A DNA stretch of 64,000 nt from Chrysomallon squamiferum (lineage: Eukaryota; Animalia; Mollusca): assembly GCA_012295275.1 (NCBI GenBank), contig CM022670.1, positions 17,174,001-17,238,000 on the forward strand, given 5' to 3'. Positions 14,921 to 27,462 of the stretch are shown piece by piece; positions within the stretch are counted from its first letter, which is position 1, and the number at the start of each line of letters is the position of its first letter. The notes under the pieces were generated by a model. That model did not search any database. It worked only from the letters and a program-made list of their open reading frames with translations, and was not told where the DNA came from. Both the position numbers and the translations under genes were made by a program.

Positions 14921-16139
14921 CTTTCTTTATTATATTATTTTTCTTTTGTATTATTATTATTATAGTCTTATTATATATATTTTTTTAATTTTAGATTATT
15001 TTTTATTAGAATGGAAACCATAACACTTATTTGAGGCTTTTTTTCTTTTTTTTTTTGTGGCTCTTCTTTATGTGTGTATTTATTTTCGTGTGCATACGTG
15101 TGCATGCACGCATGCAAGTACGTATGACTGTTAGTAATTTAGATATTGTGGAGCAGTTTCATGTTTTCACGGTGGCATTTCTTAATCAATTTTATTTGAT
15201 TTTCAAAGCCTGTTGCCCCCTAAACTAACTAAATCAGCAACACATTCATTGCGGAGAGACGATTATCGAGTGGCAGGATGCAAAAATAACATCAGAGAAA
15301 ATCATCAATCAGAAAGCAGTGGCGGGCGAAAATCAACAGTCTGCTTTTTTATGTCGTGCATTACAACTGCCTTTAGTGAATGTATTGCAGAATAATGGTG
15401 GAAAGGCATGCTCGAATAGGTATGTTCAGACTCACGTGACTGAAGGGAAACACGGAGAAGAGTTACAAAAGAAAGCGGAAATGGCATGTCGACTAAAAGA
15501 TGGCGTGTTTTATGATTCGAAAACATCTCTTTGAATCGAAAGCGTTAATAGATTTCCCCATCTTCGGCGAGTTTGAGAGAAAGGTGTTAGCATAATATTT
15601 ATTTTACTAAAAGTTAACTTCGATGAAAATCGCAAATCAAATTAACAATAAATTGATTTCATTTGCTAACGTTTTAAAAAAAATCGCTGTAAGCCCGCAC
15701 AGCACGAACGAGCGTCGTTGATGTCACAAAATTTGTACAGAGTCCCTCAAACAGACTTATAAAAAAAAAACAAAAAACAAAAAACTAGGCATTTACAATT
15801 GGAGATTCTCATCATTTAGGCGTTTCCAGGATTTCTGAAAAAACCGGAACGAACATCATTATGAAGTATATTACACACTGAGCAAAAATATGTAAGGGTG
15901 AATTGAAGTCAAACGCCTACGTCCTAAGTATCAGAAATCAGATGATGCGACCGGCCACTAAATGTGTATTTTATTAGCCTTCATATGAAAACCCTTAGTA
16001 AAATTCATATTTCTGTAAAGTAGGATATATTGATGTGTCTTACAGTTCTTTCATAAGATGTGCTTGTGAAACTAATATTTATTTTTCGTATTGGCCTTGG
16101 TATGATTCATGCCAAAAATTAAAAGTAGCAGTGTTATAT

Positions 16140-16246
<107 letters not shown>

Positions 16247-17356
16247 AGTGGGTGCAGATTACAAGGAGGGTTGTATGCATGTCAGAACTGTACAGTTTAG
16301 TAATTGAAAATTTTTGTTGATTCTGCCTTTCAATTAGCAGATCCAACCGAAACTGATGACAACGTAATTACATTAACCTTACTTTAGTGCTTCAAATAAA
16401 ATCACCTGATTTTCTTTCCTCTTCTTGTTTTAAAAAAATCCCAAAACAATCAAAAATATAAAAATTTCATTGAGGTCTTCTTGTCCTATTCATCGTGACA
16501 AAAAGGACCAAAATATATTTCTTTTCTTTTCATACCTTTTATGATATCTTGGTTATTTCTATCTCGAAACCATTGTGATATTCTGTAGCCTGGTTCGCCC
16601 ACCGGTAATTTACCTCTCGTTTCAGTTGTCTCTGGCTTCAGTGGAAGGAGTTATCGAACTTCTTTCTTATGACGGGCTTCTTGCCCTACACTCTATTCTT
16701 CCAAGCTCTGGTATTTTCAGTTTTAAACTGTTAAACAAAATCAGATGTGTCGTCTATTTCCATCTCTATTATTCATTAGAGCTGTGCTTTAAAATAATAA
16801 TGTAAACAAAAAAAACTTCTCTTCGTATCTTAATGAAATTTTTTTTATTGTTGTTGTTCGTCTTCTTCTTTTTTTTCCCCCATTCTTCTATCGTTATTAT
16901 TTTAAATGTTTGAAAATAAACCAATGAACCGTAAATTACCAGACCAACAAATGTAACGTAAGAAAAATCGGAAGTTTAAAATAAGACTTCTAGAACTTCT
17001 TTGTTTAGTTTGTATTGGATTTTCACGAATTCGTGTTGAAATTTTCATCTGCTAGACGTTAAAAAGTAATTAATCTCCTCGGCTTACCTTGACAGTTTAT
17101 AATTACATGAAGAACATTAAGCACAGGAGGTACAATAACTGCAATCAATAAATAACGCATCAGGTAGAGCAATCAACACGATACGGTTCAGTAATTATGT
17201 CTAATTCGAACTGACTGACCTAAACTTAACGATTCCCACCCTTTCTGCCTACAATCCACGTGTGCGTACACTCAGTTTGCCTGAAGTGTGGAAAGTGCCA
17301 TCGCCAATTAATTAACTGTAGTAATTTTGTAATTGTAAGTAAAAGAAAAGAGGTAT

Positions 17357-17642
17357 CTGGGGCGGATCCAGCTTTTTGACGAGGGTGGGGATCCATGACA
17401 AAAAAGGGCACTGCAATTTTATTAACAGGTATTAGTGAAAAATTACACACGGTTCACACAGACTATAATATAACAGTGCTACAACAGGGACGCTGGTAGA
17501 CGTTTTCTACAGTGTTCTTCTATATGTTGACAGAAATTTAAATAAATTATGGAAAAACCTGAAAAAAAAACTAAATAAAAGGACACTTCTCAAATCTGAG
17601 GGGAGTCCGGATGCCTTGGACACGCCTCTTGATCCGCGCCAG
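17357..17642. mobile_element. 286-bp MITE (non-autonomous DNA transposon)
   Basis: 15-bp terminal inverted repeats CTGGGGCGGATCCAG / CTTGATCCGCGCCAG (2 mismatches), flanked by direct repeat GGTAT (17352-17356 and 17643-17647). Confidence 0.8.
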
Positions 17643-17978
17643 GGTATCTCGATAACCGCGAAGTCGAACGATTAGATTCTGCGAAGGTGCATATTTGTTA
17701 ACAAGATTCTGCCAGCCACTTGCTAAAACACATCTGTAAATACGATTTTGTACGACTTATTTAATATATAATTTTAATCGATTTAACTTTTTTTTTTTTT
17801 TTTTTTTTGCATTTTTTTAAAATGTTGTTTGTCTGTGTGTGCAATGTTAATCATTTTTAATACAAAATATTTGTCATGATATTTCTAAGACACAGAAACC
17901 ATTCATAGTGTAACATGACGTAAGAACATACAGGGTTCTACGTTTTTTGCTGGGGATGTCAGAATTTACAACACTGGA

Positions 17979-18485
17979 TTTTTTTTTCTTCTTCTTCGTT
18001 TCGTTCGCTCGTTGACTATGTCAAGGACATCAGTGACTGTGAATGATAACTGTTCTCTTGTAGATCACGTCTTGTTCCATACAGCTTCTTTTGGAGAGTT
18101 GTTAAAGTTGTCCAGGTAGTCGCTGCTGTTTTAGGTTTATACAGTTTTGAATTACATGTTCAGTCGTCTGTTCTTCTTCCGCACAGCCGGAACCTGGTTC
18201 ATCCTGCTGAGTCCAGCCCTTAATCGGACAATAACGACTTGTTCATGACGTAATAGCAGGTAATAGTCATCGGTTTGTTTGGGTGGTCTATATGTGATTT
18301 CATCTCTTCGTATGTCACCCAGTTGTTATCTTCCTGTTCATTAGCTGCACCTAGTTTTGCCAGTCTGTCTGCATTCTCATTTCTACGTGTGCCACAGTGA
18401 GGTGGAATCCATTGTAACACGACATGGTTGTCACTGCTCATAGGATTTAGGGCTTCTGAAAGTCTGTCTAGCATGTTGACAGTTC
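17979..18485 (-). mobile_element. 5'-truncated, frameshifted non-LTR retrotransposon (I-group, Nimb/Ingi-like): RNase H end, CCHC knuckle and 3' tail
   Basis: VVLQWIPPHCGTRRNENADRLAKLGA is the non-LTR RNase H motif (WIPxHxGxxGNExADxLAK). After frameshifts it reads DDYYLLLRHEQVVIVRLRAG, CAEEEQTTEHVIQNC and TWTTLTTLQKKLYG, and ends in (GAA)n plus an A-run. Confidence 0.9.
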
Positions 18486-19119
18486 AGATTATAATGGGGA
18501 AGAAATGGCGTCATTCAAATGTTTTGTAAAAATGTTACATTAGTGTTGACATACTCTTTTATAAGCGGTGACAAGTCGACTAAAACAATAAAATAATAAC
18601 TTGAAAATAAAAAGCATTTTATTAGTCTATACGATAATTGTAATATACTCTACAATATATTTTTTGTTTAGCTAATTATACTAGGTGTAGACTGACGAAG
18701 GTTTAATCTGTCTGCTAAATCAGTGTTTGTGTGAAGGTCATTTGTGAGTCCCGTGAGAGTGAGCGCAGACTGAACTGTTAAGTACGTGTCTGAGTATGTT
18801 AAACTCAAGTAAAACACGAAACAGACCACAGGAATGTTAAAATTACTTCTTTTGTTTCTTCTTGAACATTCGGCTAACAATAATAGAAATATGTGTGTAT
18901 GTGTATAAATGTATGAGTGTATTATCTATATGCATTATATACCTGTATGTATGTATTAAGTGCTATGAATATGTGTATGCATATATTTGTGTATGTGTGT
19001 GTTAATATTTGTTTTTTAGATCGTGTGTGTACAGTCCAATATATAAACATCTAGATAGGCTTCATTAATATAAATATAAAACATCTAACACACAGGCTTC
19101 ATTAATATAAATATAAATA

Positions 19120-19153
<34 letters not shown>

Positions 19154-19819
19154 TGGGTAAAAATCACACTCGCTATTTTTAAACAAATATTTTCATATAT
19201 ATAATTATATTCCGAATCAAACGAGAACAGTTATTAACACGTCCGGATAAACCGAAACTTCGTCAGCAATTAGTATCATCTGACACTCGGCATATTTAAG
19301 AAATATTAAATTAATAAAATTTCAGATTATATCGTCATGAACCTGCTATTACGGCAATTACCACGGGCTGGCCGAGATCCCCTTCGTGCCGGTGAAATAA
19401 TTGTTTGTTTGGCCTCTTCGGCACGCGTTCTTCCTTTAATTTAGCATAATTAAATATCGTGTACTATTCCTGTTAAACATTATTTATAATGCTGCTGCTG
19501 GGGTCGTCGCTAAAAGCCGGCCTCGGTGACGCATTGACGGCGATGCTAACGTTATCACCTCAAGCAAATCGTCTTTGGTATCCAGCGACACGTTATTAAT
19601 AGATTTAATTCACGGATATTCAACGCACTCGGCATCAGGAGATACAGAAACAGAGAAGCAAATTAATTGATATCAACAACAGCGATAATGAATTATTTCT
19701 GAACCATAACCAAAACCCCGAAAATAATGAGTTCCTCGAAATGGAAGGAAGGCATGAGGTTTTGTTTAATTCTGCAGTTGTTATTCTTTGTGTAGCGTAG
19801 GTATAATTAAAGTTTACAG

Positions 19820-19849
19820 ACACACACACACACACACACGCACAGACAA

Positions 19850-19926
<77 letters not shown>

Positions 19927-19942
19927 CGACAGACTATTGGCA

Positions 19943-19976
<34 letters not shown>

Positions 19977-19980
19977 GTGT
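19820..19980. repeat. Compound (CA)n-(GA)n-(GT)n microsatellite
   Basis: Three adjacent dinucleotide runs. Confidence 0.95.
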
Positions 19981-20631
19981 TTGTAATTGTTAACAGGGAT
20001 AATTTACTGAGGTGTGGAGGGTCTTAAGTCACCTAAAACTCTTATTTTGAAACAAACGAATGATATATTTCCATAGTTCTCATCTTGCAGTTTCTAATGA
20101 AGATTTTTTTATTATGGGGAAATAGCATGACATTGTATAATCAAACTTCGCTACTCTGTTATACAGAATATAGATTATACATTCTGCTGATGTATCTATC
20201 TAATATGTCTGTAGGGCTTTGAATTAATTATAATAATCACCTAAAGCTTTTATTGGAAATAATTTTACCGGAGAATTGCTGCATCTAGAATTGCTCGCCT
20301 GGAAATTAAGCATAATAACACAGCACTGCAGATTTGAGGTGGGTCACGTGGTGGAAGATTCGTGTGTTAAGTAATTTGTCACAGGTGTTATTACCAGGCA
20401 GAACCTTTCATGTGACATCTCTGATCCACGCATACAGCAATAATAAATTATTGAGAGAATATAAGTTCTCGCTAATTAGTTTTGCTGTTGGCTATAAATT
20501 GTAAAATGTCCACTGCATCTGTTAACAATTTCACGATGTAGGACAGTTTCGTGTTTCACAACAAATGCAATATAAAACTCACAGTTTAAAAAAAAAATAA
20601 AAATAATAATAAACATGATATTGATAATGAT

Positions 20632-20632
<1 letters not shown>

Positions 20633-20696
<64 letters not shown>
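20633..20696. repeat. (AAT)n microsatellite
   Basis: Perfect trinucleotide run. Confidence 0.97.
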
Positions 20697-20697
<1 letters not shown>

Positions 20698-22795
20698 CAA
20701 AACGAAATCATTTCAGTATATTTTTTCATCCGTGAAAAAACAATTCGCGTTAATAAAAAGATTAGCTGATCTATACCAAGTCTCACTGGTGCGTACAAAC
20801 ACATATACGCATAGATTTGTTCTTACACGCATACACAAACATAGTCAAAATATTTACATACACGTACATAAACAAATTCGTACGCTACACACATATACAC
20901 AAACACATAAATCTGCACACACACAAACACATACATATACACATAAAAACACACATTTATATATAAACACAAACACAGACATATACAGTCAAACAAATAA
21001 ACGCAAACACACATACATACACATACGCACTCACACACACAACCAGAAACAAAGACTAATATACACACATACACATACAAACAACAACATACATAAAAAC
21101 GTACGCAGAGAACACATGCATTTACGAAACAGTGTGTGATACACATGTACATATTTCAGAAGGTTATGTTGCCGTTTCGACCAGTTTCCATTTCGTGCAG
21201 ATACTCAGACTGTGACGATTGACGTCATTACTGTTTGTGATCGCACTAATTAGAGCGGAGATCACTGGCAGAGAAACCTCTAAGTGATCAAGTGGATGTA
21301 TTTCAGATTGTCCCGACTGTAGGTACCCCGAGGGTGTTATTATCGTCATCGAAGGGGGCGTGGGTCCAGTGACTGGTCTTGACAAACAGGGGTCAGTGGT
21401 CAGAGTTGCGATGTTGGTGTGGTCAGTGATTACACTGACCCATCTCGTAGTGTAATTACATTCGTGTCTTCTTTACAGTACATGTCGCCAAGACGGATCA
21501 TTCACATCATTTGTTTTGTGCAGAACGTAGATGATTTGTTTAAAACGTAACAAGACCTGGCAGCCAGAAATATTTCGTTAAATCAGAAAAATCAAACTGT
21601 CGTTTGAATCTTGGGTTAAATAGATATAAAAATAGATCATCTATGAAATATGGCAACGTATGACTAATACGCCAGATGCCGGAACAAACTGTAGGAAATG
21701 AAAAATGTAATAAAACGTTAAAATATGTTATTTCTGTGAAATGTAAATATTGAAGTAAATGCAGATGGAGAAAGAAAGATAAAAAGTTACCTAAATACAT
21801 GTATGGTTTCAAAAATTTAAGAATAATAAAACACGGTGGAAGACTTGAAATGTAGGTGTGGAGAAAAAACTAAACAATAAACAAATAAAAACAAAACAAA
21901 AACAAAACGTCATGAGATAATCGAATTTATATTCAAAAGGATATGAGTTTAATGTAACGTACAATAAAAAAACAACAAAAAAAACAAATTCTCAAACAAA
22001 AAAACAACAAAAACATGTTATACAGTGACATAAAATGAATCTATAATTACATCCTTTATAGTAAATTATTGTAAAATGATCGCAGCTGATTAAAATTTAA
22101 AATCAGAAACCATAACGTCGATACATAAACATTTTCACAGATTAAAAGCGTTAAACGTGAATTTTAATTACTGAGTAAAAAAATGATAAATCCAGTACTA
22201 CATTATGACATTTTTTGAAAGCATAATAACCATAATAAAGAATTAAAAGAAAAGGAAAGGAAATTAATAAAAGCATACGCATTTGTGGTTCATCTTCATT
22301 GATGCCCCTTTCTTTATGGCATGCCCGCAAGACTGAAAACTGGAAAGCGCATTATGAGAAGAAAATTCTCATCCAGATGGACGAAATGTCCTTTCAGAGT
22401 CGCACACACCAAACAATAACTTTATATCCGTTATTGTCTTCTCCACTTTTGTCCTTTCTCAAAAATTAAGAACGCTTTTAGCGAAATCCACTTGATATTA
22501 AAAAAAAACTGAGGCAAAAATTGACGAAATGACCCATGATCCAATACAGATTAACATAACGAGCCCCCGCGGACAGAAGTTTGGAGGGATGGAAATTGGT
22601 CATTTCCAACTAGAAACTCGTTAACGGGAGATTAGTGCGTTCTGGAGTGGAGTGCAATTAAAACTTGCAGTGTGACACACAAAGACAAAAGTGGACGCCG
22701 GTACAGAACATTTGGTCAGCCGCACAGACAAAGACACAATTTAATATTAATAAAATTAATGTCCATCTTCAGTTCTCTTGTAATCTATATTTTCT

Positions 22796-23210
22796 CAAGT
22801 ACTGGTAGTAGAACTCGTAGTAGTGGTAGTAGAACTAGTAGTAGTAGTAGTAGTAGCAGTAGTAGTAGTAGTACTAGTATCAATAGTAGTAGTAATAAAA
22901 GAACAAGAAATGGTTGTAGTTAATGGTGTTGGTGCTGATAATTTAGTAATAATAGTAGTAACAGCAAACTTGTCGGTGATGACGATGGCGATTATAGTAC
23001 TAGTGACAGTAGTAGTAGTGACAGTAGTAGTATGGTGTAATAATGACATTATTGGTAGAAATAGTAGTCGTGGTGATGATGATGATAGTCGTAGCAATAA
23101 TTTATAGTAGTAGTAGTAATAGTAGTAGTAGTAGTAATAGTAGTTGCAGTAGTAATAGTAGCATTCATGGTGGTGATGGTTGTGGCACTTATGGTGATGA
23201 TTATGATGAT
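22796..23210. repeat. Degenerate (TAG/TGA)n trinucleotide tract
   Basis: agtagtagt-rich run; accounts for the poly-S/T/V/Y ORFs here. Confidence 0.9.
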
Positions 23211-23823
23211 ATAAAATTATCATTCAACGTTTCTAACTCAGTAAGCTGTTAGGTTTGTATTCTCTTGCAGTATTCAAACCAGTCCAGACTTATTAAAATG
23301 CGACATGCTTATAAGAAAAAGCTTAAACACATTTTTCGATCATTAATTACTCTTCTCCAACTGATAAGGTTAAGGTTCGTGTCCGTCATTAAGAATGACA
23401 AACATCTTGTCATGTGGTAGTCGATGCAGACAGATGTGTTAATATTCTCAGAGATAGCATAATTAATAAGTTATCGGTGTCTGGCGCTCTGCTTTTTATG
23501 ATGAAGACCAATACTTTGAACTACAGTGACCAGCCGAGGCGCCTTTCGCCTCTTGTTACATGTCCAGCAGTGAACAGGAAGGCAGTTTAGGTCATGTGGT
23601 CTTCGAAGACCAGTTCATGACTTTTGCTCCAGGTTCAGATCATTAGAAACAGGACCACTTCTTTTTTAACAGTGACAATTAGCATAATCAGAATAAAAGT
23701 CAGCGAACCTTGTGGGTGAACATCACATATTAGCCTTCAGTTTAATCTAACGTGAAACCAACAAGGGAATCTTTTAAACCAGCAGTTCTGTAAATGAATG
23801 GATAGGTGAATTTCATGACTGTA

Positions 23824-23856
<33 letters not shown>

Positions 23857-23859
23857 CTA

Positions 23860-23944
<85 letters not shown>

Positions 23945-23990
23945 ATAATATAATAATAATAATAATAATAATAAAATAATAATAATAAAA
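23824..23990. repeat. Compound (TC)n/(TA)n/(AAT)n microsatellite
   Basis: Direct inspection. Confidence 0.95.
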
Positions 23991-26071
23991 AGATTAAAAC
24001 AAACTATATATATATATATATATATATATTTGTTTTAATCTTATTATTATTATTATTATATCTACTGAATTACCTCCCCTGATTCTGCTGTTAACGTCAC
24101 AAACATGCCGGAATATGTACAGACTCGTGAGACGTCCACTGAATTTCTCTTCGGTATTGTTCAGAAGATAATGACATTTGTGATGACGCGGAAGTGAAGC
24201 CGCAGTGCATAAATAATTTGACCAGACGTGTAATAATACAATCAGACTATTCCGAAATTATTCTACAAATTACTTTGTAAGTACTCACTGCTGACGTCAT
24301 TACGTACAACCGTGTTAGTAGTACGAATGTTAAGATATGTATGCTCCACTAAGCTGAAATGTAGAAAACAGACGTAATCATAATTATCGTAATTTTTGTT
24401 AAGAGTAAATTATTATCTGCAAATGCCAACAGTTCTAATATTTTATAAATGGTTTTGTCATTAGTGTTGTGTGCCAGTACAGTTTATACATACACATTTA
24501 GTATTTAATTCAAAGCGTTAGATTAAAATATATTTATACCCCCGGAATCATTTTAGTAGTAGTCGTCTTGATCATCATCGGCAGTAACAACATCTATGCT
24601 ACTACAGCTACTGTTATTACTAATTCTGTTGGTGCTGCTGTGTTTACTATAATAACAACAATTACCAAAATTATTATGATGTCCTAGTTAGTGTAATACG
24701 ATAGTGATATAATTAATGTAATATCTGAATGTACTACAGCAACAAGACACAACAGTTCTATATTTTATTATTGCAGTGTTTGGAATTCTGCGCAATAATA
24801 GCAGCAACGACGACAACAACAACAATAATAATATGTAAAATAAATAAATAAATAAACATAGTAATTCTCTCGTTAGTCATACTAATAAAAGATATCAATA
24901 TTTAGTATATTTTTCAGTTTCATCAGGTTTCTCTCAAAGCGATGCCATTGGCTATTATTAGAATTTTCTACATCAGAAGCAATATTATGAAAACAATTCA
25001 CTAAATCAAAATTTACAAATAATAAATATATAGAGAAACGAATAAAATATTTTCGTGGAAAAAGCAAGTTAATTTTCGTGAGAAAGTATGCAAATCTATA
25101 TTCTAACTAAACACAAGACTGTAAAAAAAAAAATATATTTTTTTTTTATCATCGACAAAACCAAAATTCATTTTGCATAAACATACAGAAGCCTGTCTTC
25201 AGTAAGTGAATTACAGACAAGGAAGACGTAAAATTGATAACATGTTTTCTAAGTTTGTTTTGTTTTGACGAGAGATGAACTCACAGATGTTAAATTATCG
25301 GTGCCAGCACGCTGTCTGGTCTTTTTCCAAGACGTAAGCGATGACGTCGAATTCATGGCACATGAATGCAAATACTTTGCCGGTAAAAATCGTTTTTGAA
25401 CAAGACTTCTTCAATGATGGACATTCAAAGTAAACATTCTTCCATCTGAAAATATATTTTGTAACGTTTTGTGAATGTTTCTACACGTTAAACGTTAGAG
25501 AACTGATAATAAATAAATAGTTTTAGTTACCTGCAAGATCAAATTTGCCGTTTCGTAGACCTTTTTAGAGTTGGAAACAATATAACAGTAAAGTGAGTCT
25601 TTACTAGAAAGAATTAGAATCGTGTAAAATATTTATTTGATTCATAAAGAGAAGAGAAAAAAGATAATGTAGCTGTTAAAAACGTAGTTTAGTTTCGATA
25701 ACTGTGCATTATATTCGTAGTATATTAGAAAAAAAAAAAAAACAACACCTGAATGAATAAACAAATAAACAAACAAACAAATAAATAAATAACAGTTAAA
25801 ACTGATTTTAACATAATATACTATTCACAGTAACACATTCAGGCCATTTACACCTTTTTTTTATATTTAAAATCAACGCTACTAAAATATCATTTATAAA
25901 TTTTGTACAAATGACAAGAGGTATTATTTGTTATTATTTTATTATGTGTCGGAGAGCCCGGTATTAAAGTATATTTTTCAAGAACAAAAAGAAATGACGA
26001 ATAATATTAAAAACGTCTATGAATGTAATAGGAAAACTATCTGCAGCTACAGTCTTTTTTCTTTCTTTCTT

Positions 26072-26103
<32 letters not shown>

Positions 26104-27423
26104 TTTATTGACTTGGCTAACGACGTCAGGATGTATCGAACATCCATTATTATTCACGCAGACTAATTTTCAAAGATAATTATGTAAAACAATTCTGTAA
26201 CACTATACTGAGATGCCGCTGTTAAAGAATGAAGGGCCGTGGACAAAAGGAACTGAGCCCAGTTTTCAGTGAAGTCAATGAAGTAATTAATTCTGTGATC
26301 AAGACGTCCAGAATGACACAGGAAGAAGATGACAGGTATGGCCGCACCGGCATAGATCGCGCGTTATCGGTTATGTTATTATTGTTAATCTGACGTTAAA
26401 TGTGCAGAAGCCTGAATTGAATGTTCGATTCGCGGTCTGGTTTTGACGAGATGAGGGTCGGCGCATGCAGCACACAGGATGGTCACTCTGTGTTGAACGA
26501 TTAACCACAGTGCATACTCTGCTTAATTACAGTGTCAGATATCTCTGAATGTGGCAGCCAACTTTCGAATACGGGATGGCTCCCTCCCAAATGTCGATCG
26601 TCTTATTAGATGGACAAAATGGTCAGCTGGGTTATGTAATGTGTCCTGTACTTTAATTCTACGGCTGTTGTCTTTACATGGTCAATTATTAATCATTAAA
26701 CTCTTTAGCGCAGAGCTGGTTTAAATGCACAAATACCTAGTTTCATAATTTCTTATAGCTACCAGTTTTACACAAGCGACTACGAGAATTTAACTGTAAA
26801 GATCTTGAGCTTCTTTAAGTATCTTTACAGATAACAACGTCGGCTTCTCCCTGTAACATTCGATTCATTTTACTTAAGACAAACATCGATTTTATGTCAT
26901 GATTATAACATCTTTGACGACCAGTATCTTCTGTTTCATTGGTCATTCTGTAAACAGCTGTTACATATGCATGCTACCATGTTGCTTTCATACTAATCAT
27001 ATACACCTATCAAAACATAGTCACGGAAATTTTGTCAAATTTAATCGTATAAATCTAGATATTATTCAGTTTTACTGATTTCAGTACTGAAAGAAATCGT
27101 ACAACGGGGAAAGATTCGAGACCAAAACTTGTAGGGCCAGACTCTGGTTTCCACATTCTGAGTCATTTAATGATTGTATCAACATGGGTAAATGACGACA
27201 CAATGCAAGTTCGTCTTTGCACTGGACCAGTGCAAACAAAAGCGAATAGATTAACATTACTTCACCATCCTAATCAGTACAGATTTATGGAACTGATAAT
27301 GTAATTGGAGCCACAGAAAGCACTAAGATATATAAATCTACCCCCACCAAGACAGTCTGCAAGTAAGCGAAATTATAAGACTGAAGTCCCAGGTTACTCT
27401 TGAACAGTAAACTGATTTATCAT

Positions 27424-27462
<39 letters not shown>

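Noticed and set aside
19570-19592. TCTTTGGTATCCAGC resembling miR-9
   Set aside because: Only the seed region matches and no precursor hairpin forms. I recognised no conserved bilaterian miRNA in the window by eye.
20476-23252. ORFs of 70-174 aa rich in I, T, H, S, V or Y
   Set aside because: Mostly translations of (AAT)n, AC-rich and (TAG)n repeats. The same holds for the ERER/SLSL/CVCV ORFs elsewhere in the window.
26229-26338. Plus-strand ATG-led frame MKGRGQKELSPVFSEV... ending at donor CAG|gtatgg
   Set aside because: Short, no recognisable homology and no partner exon found; compatible with chance.
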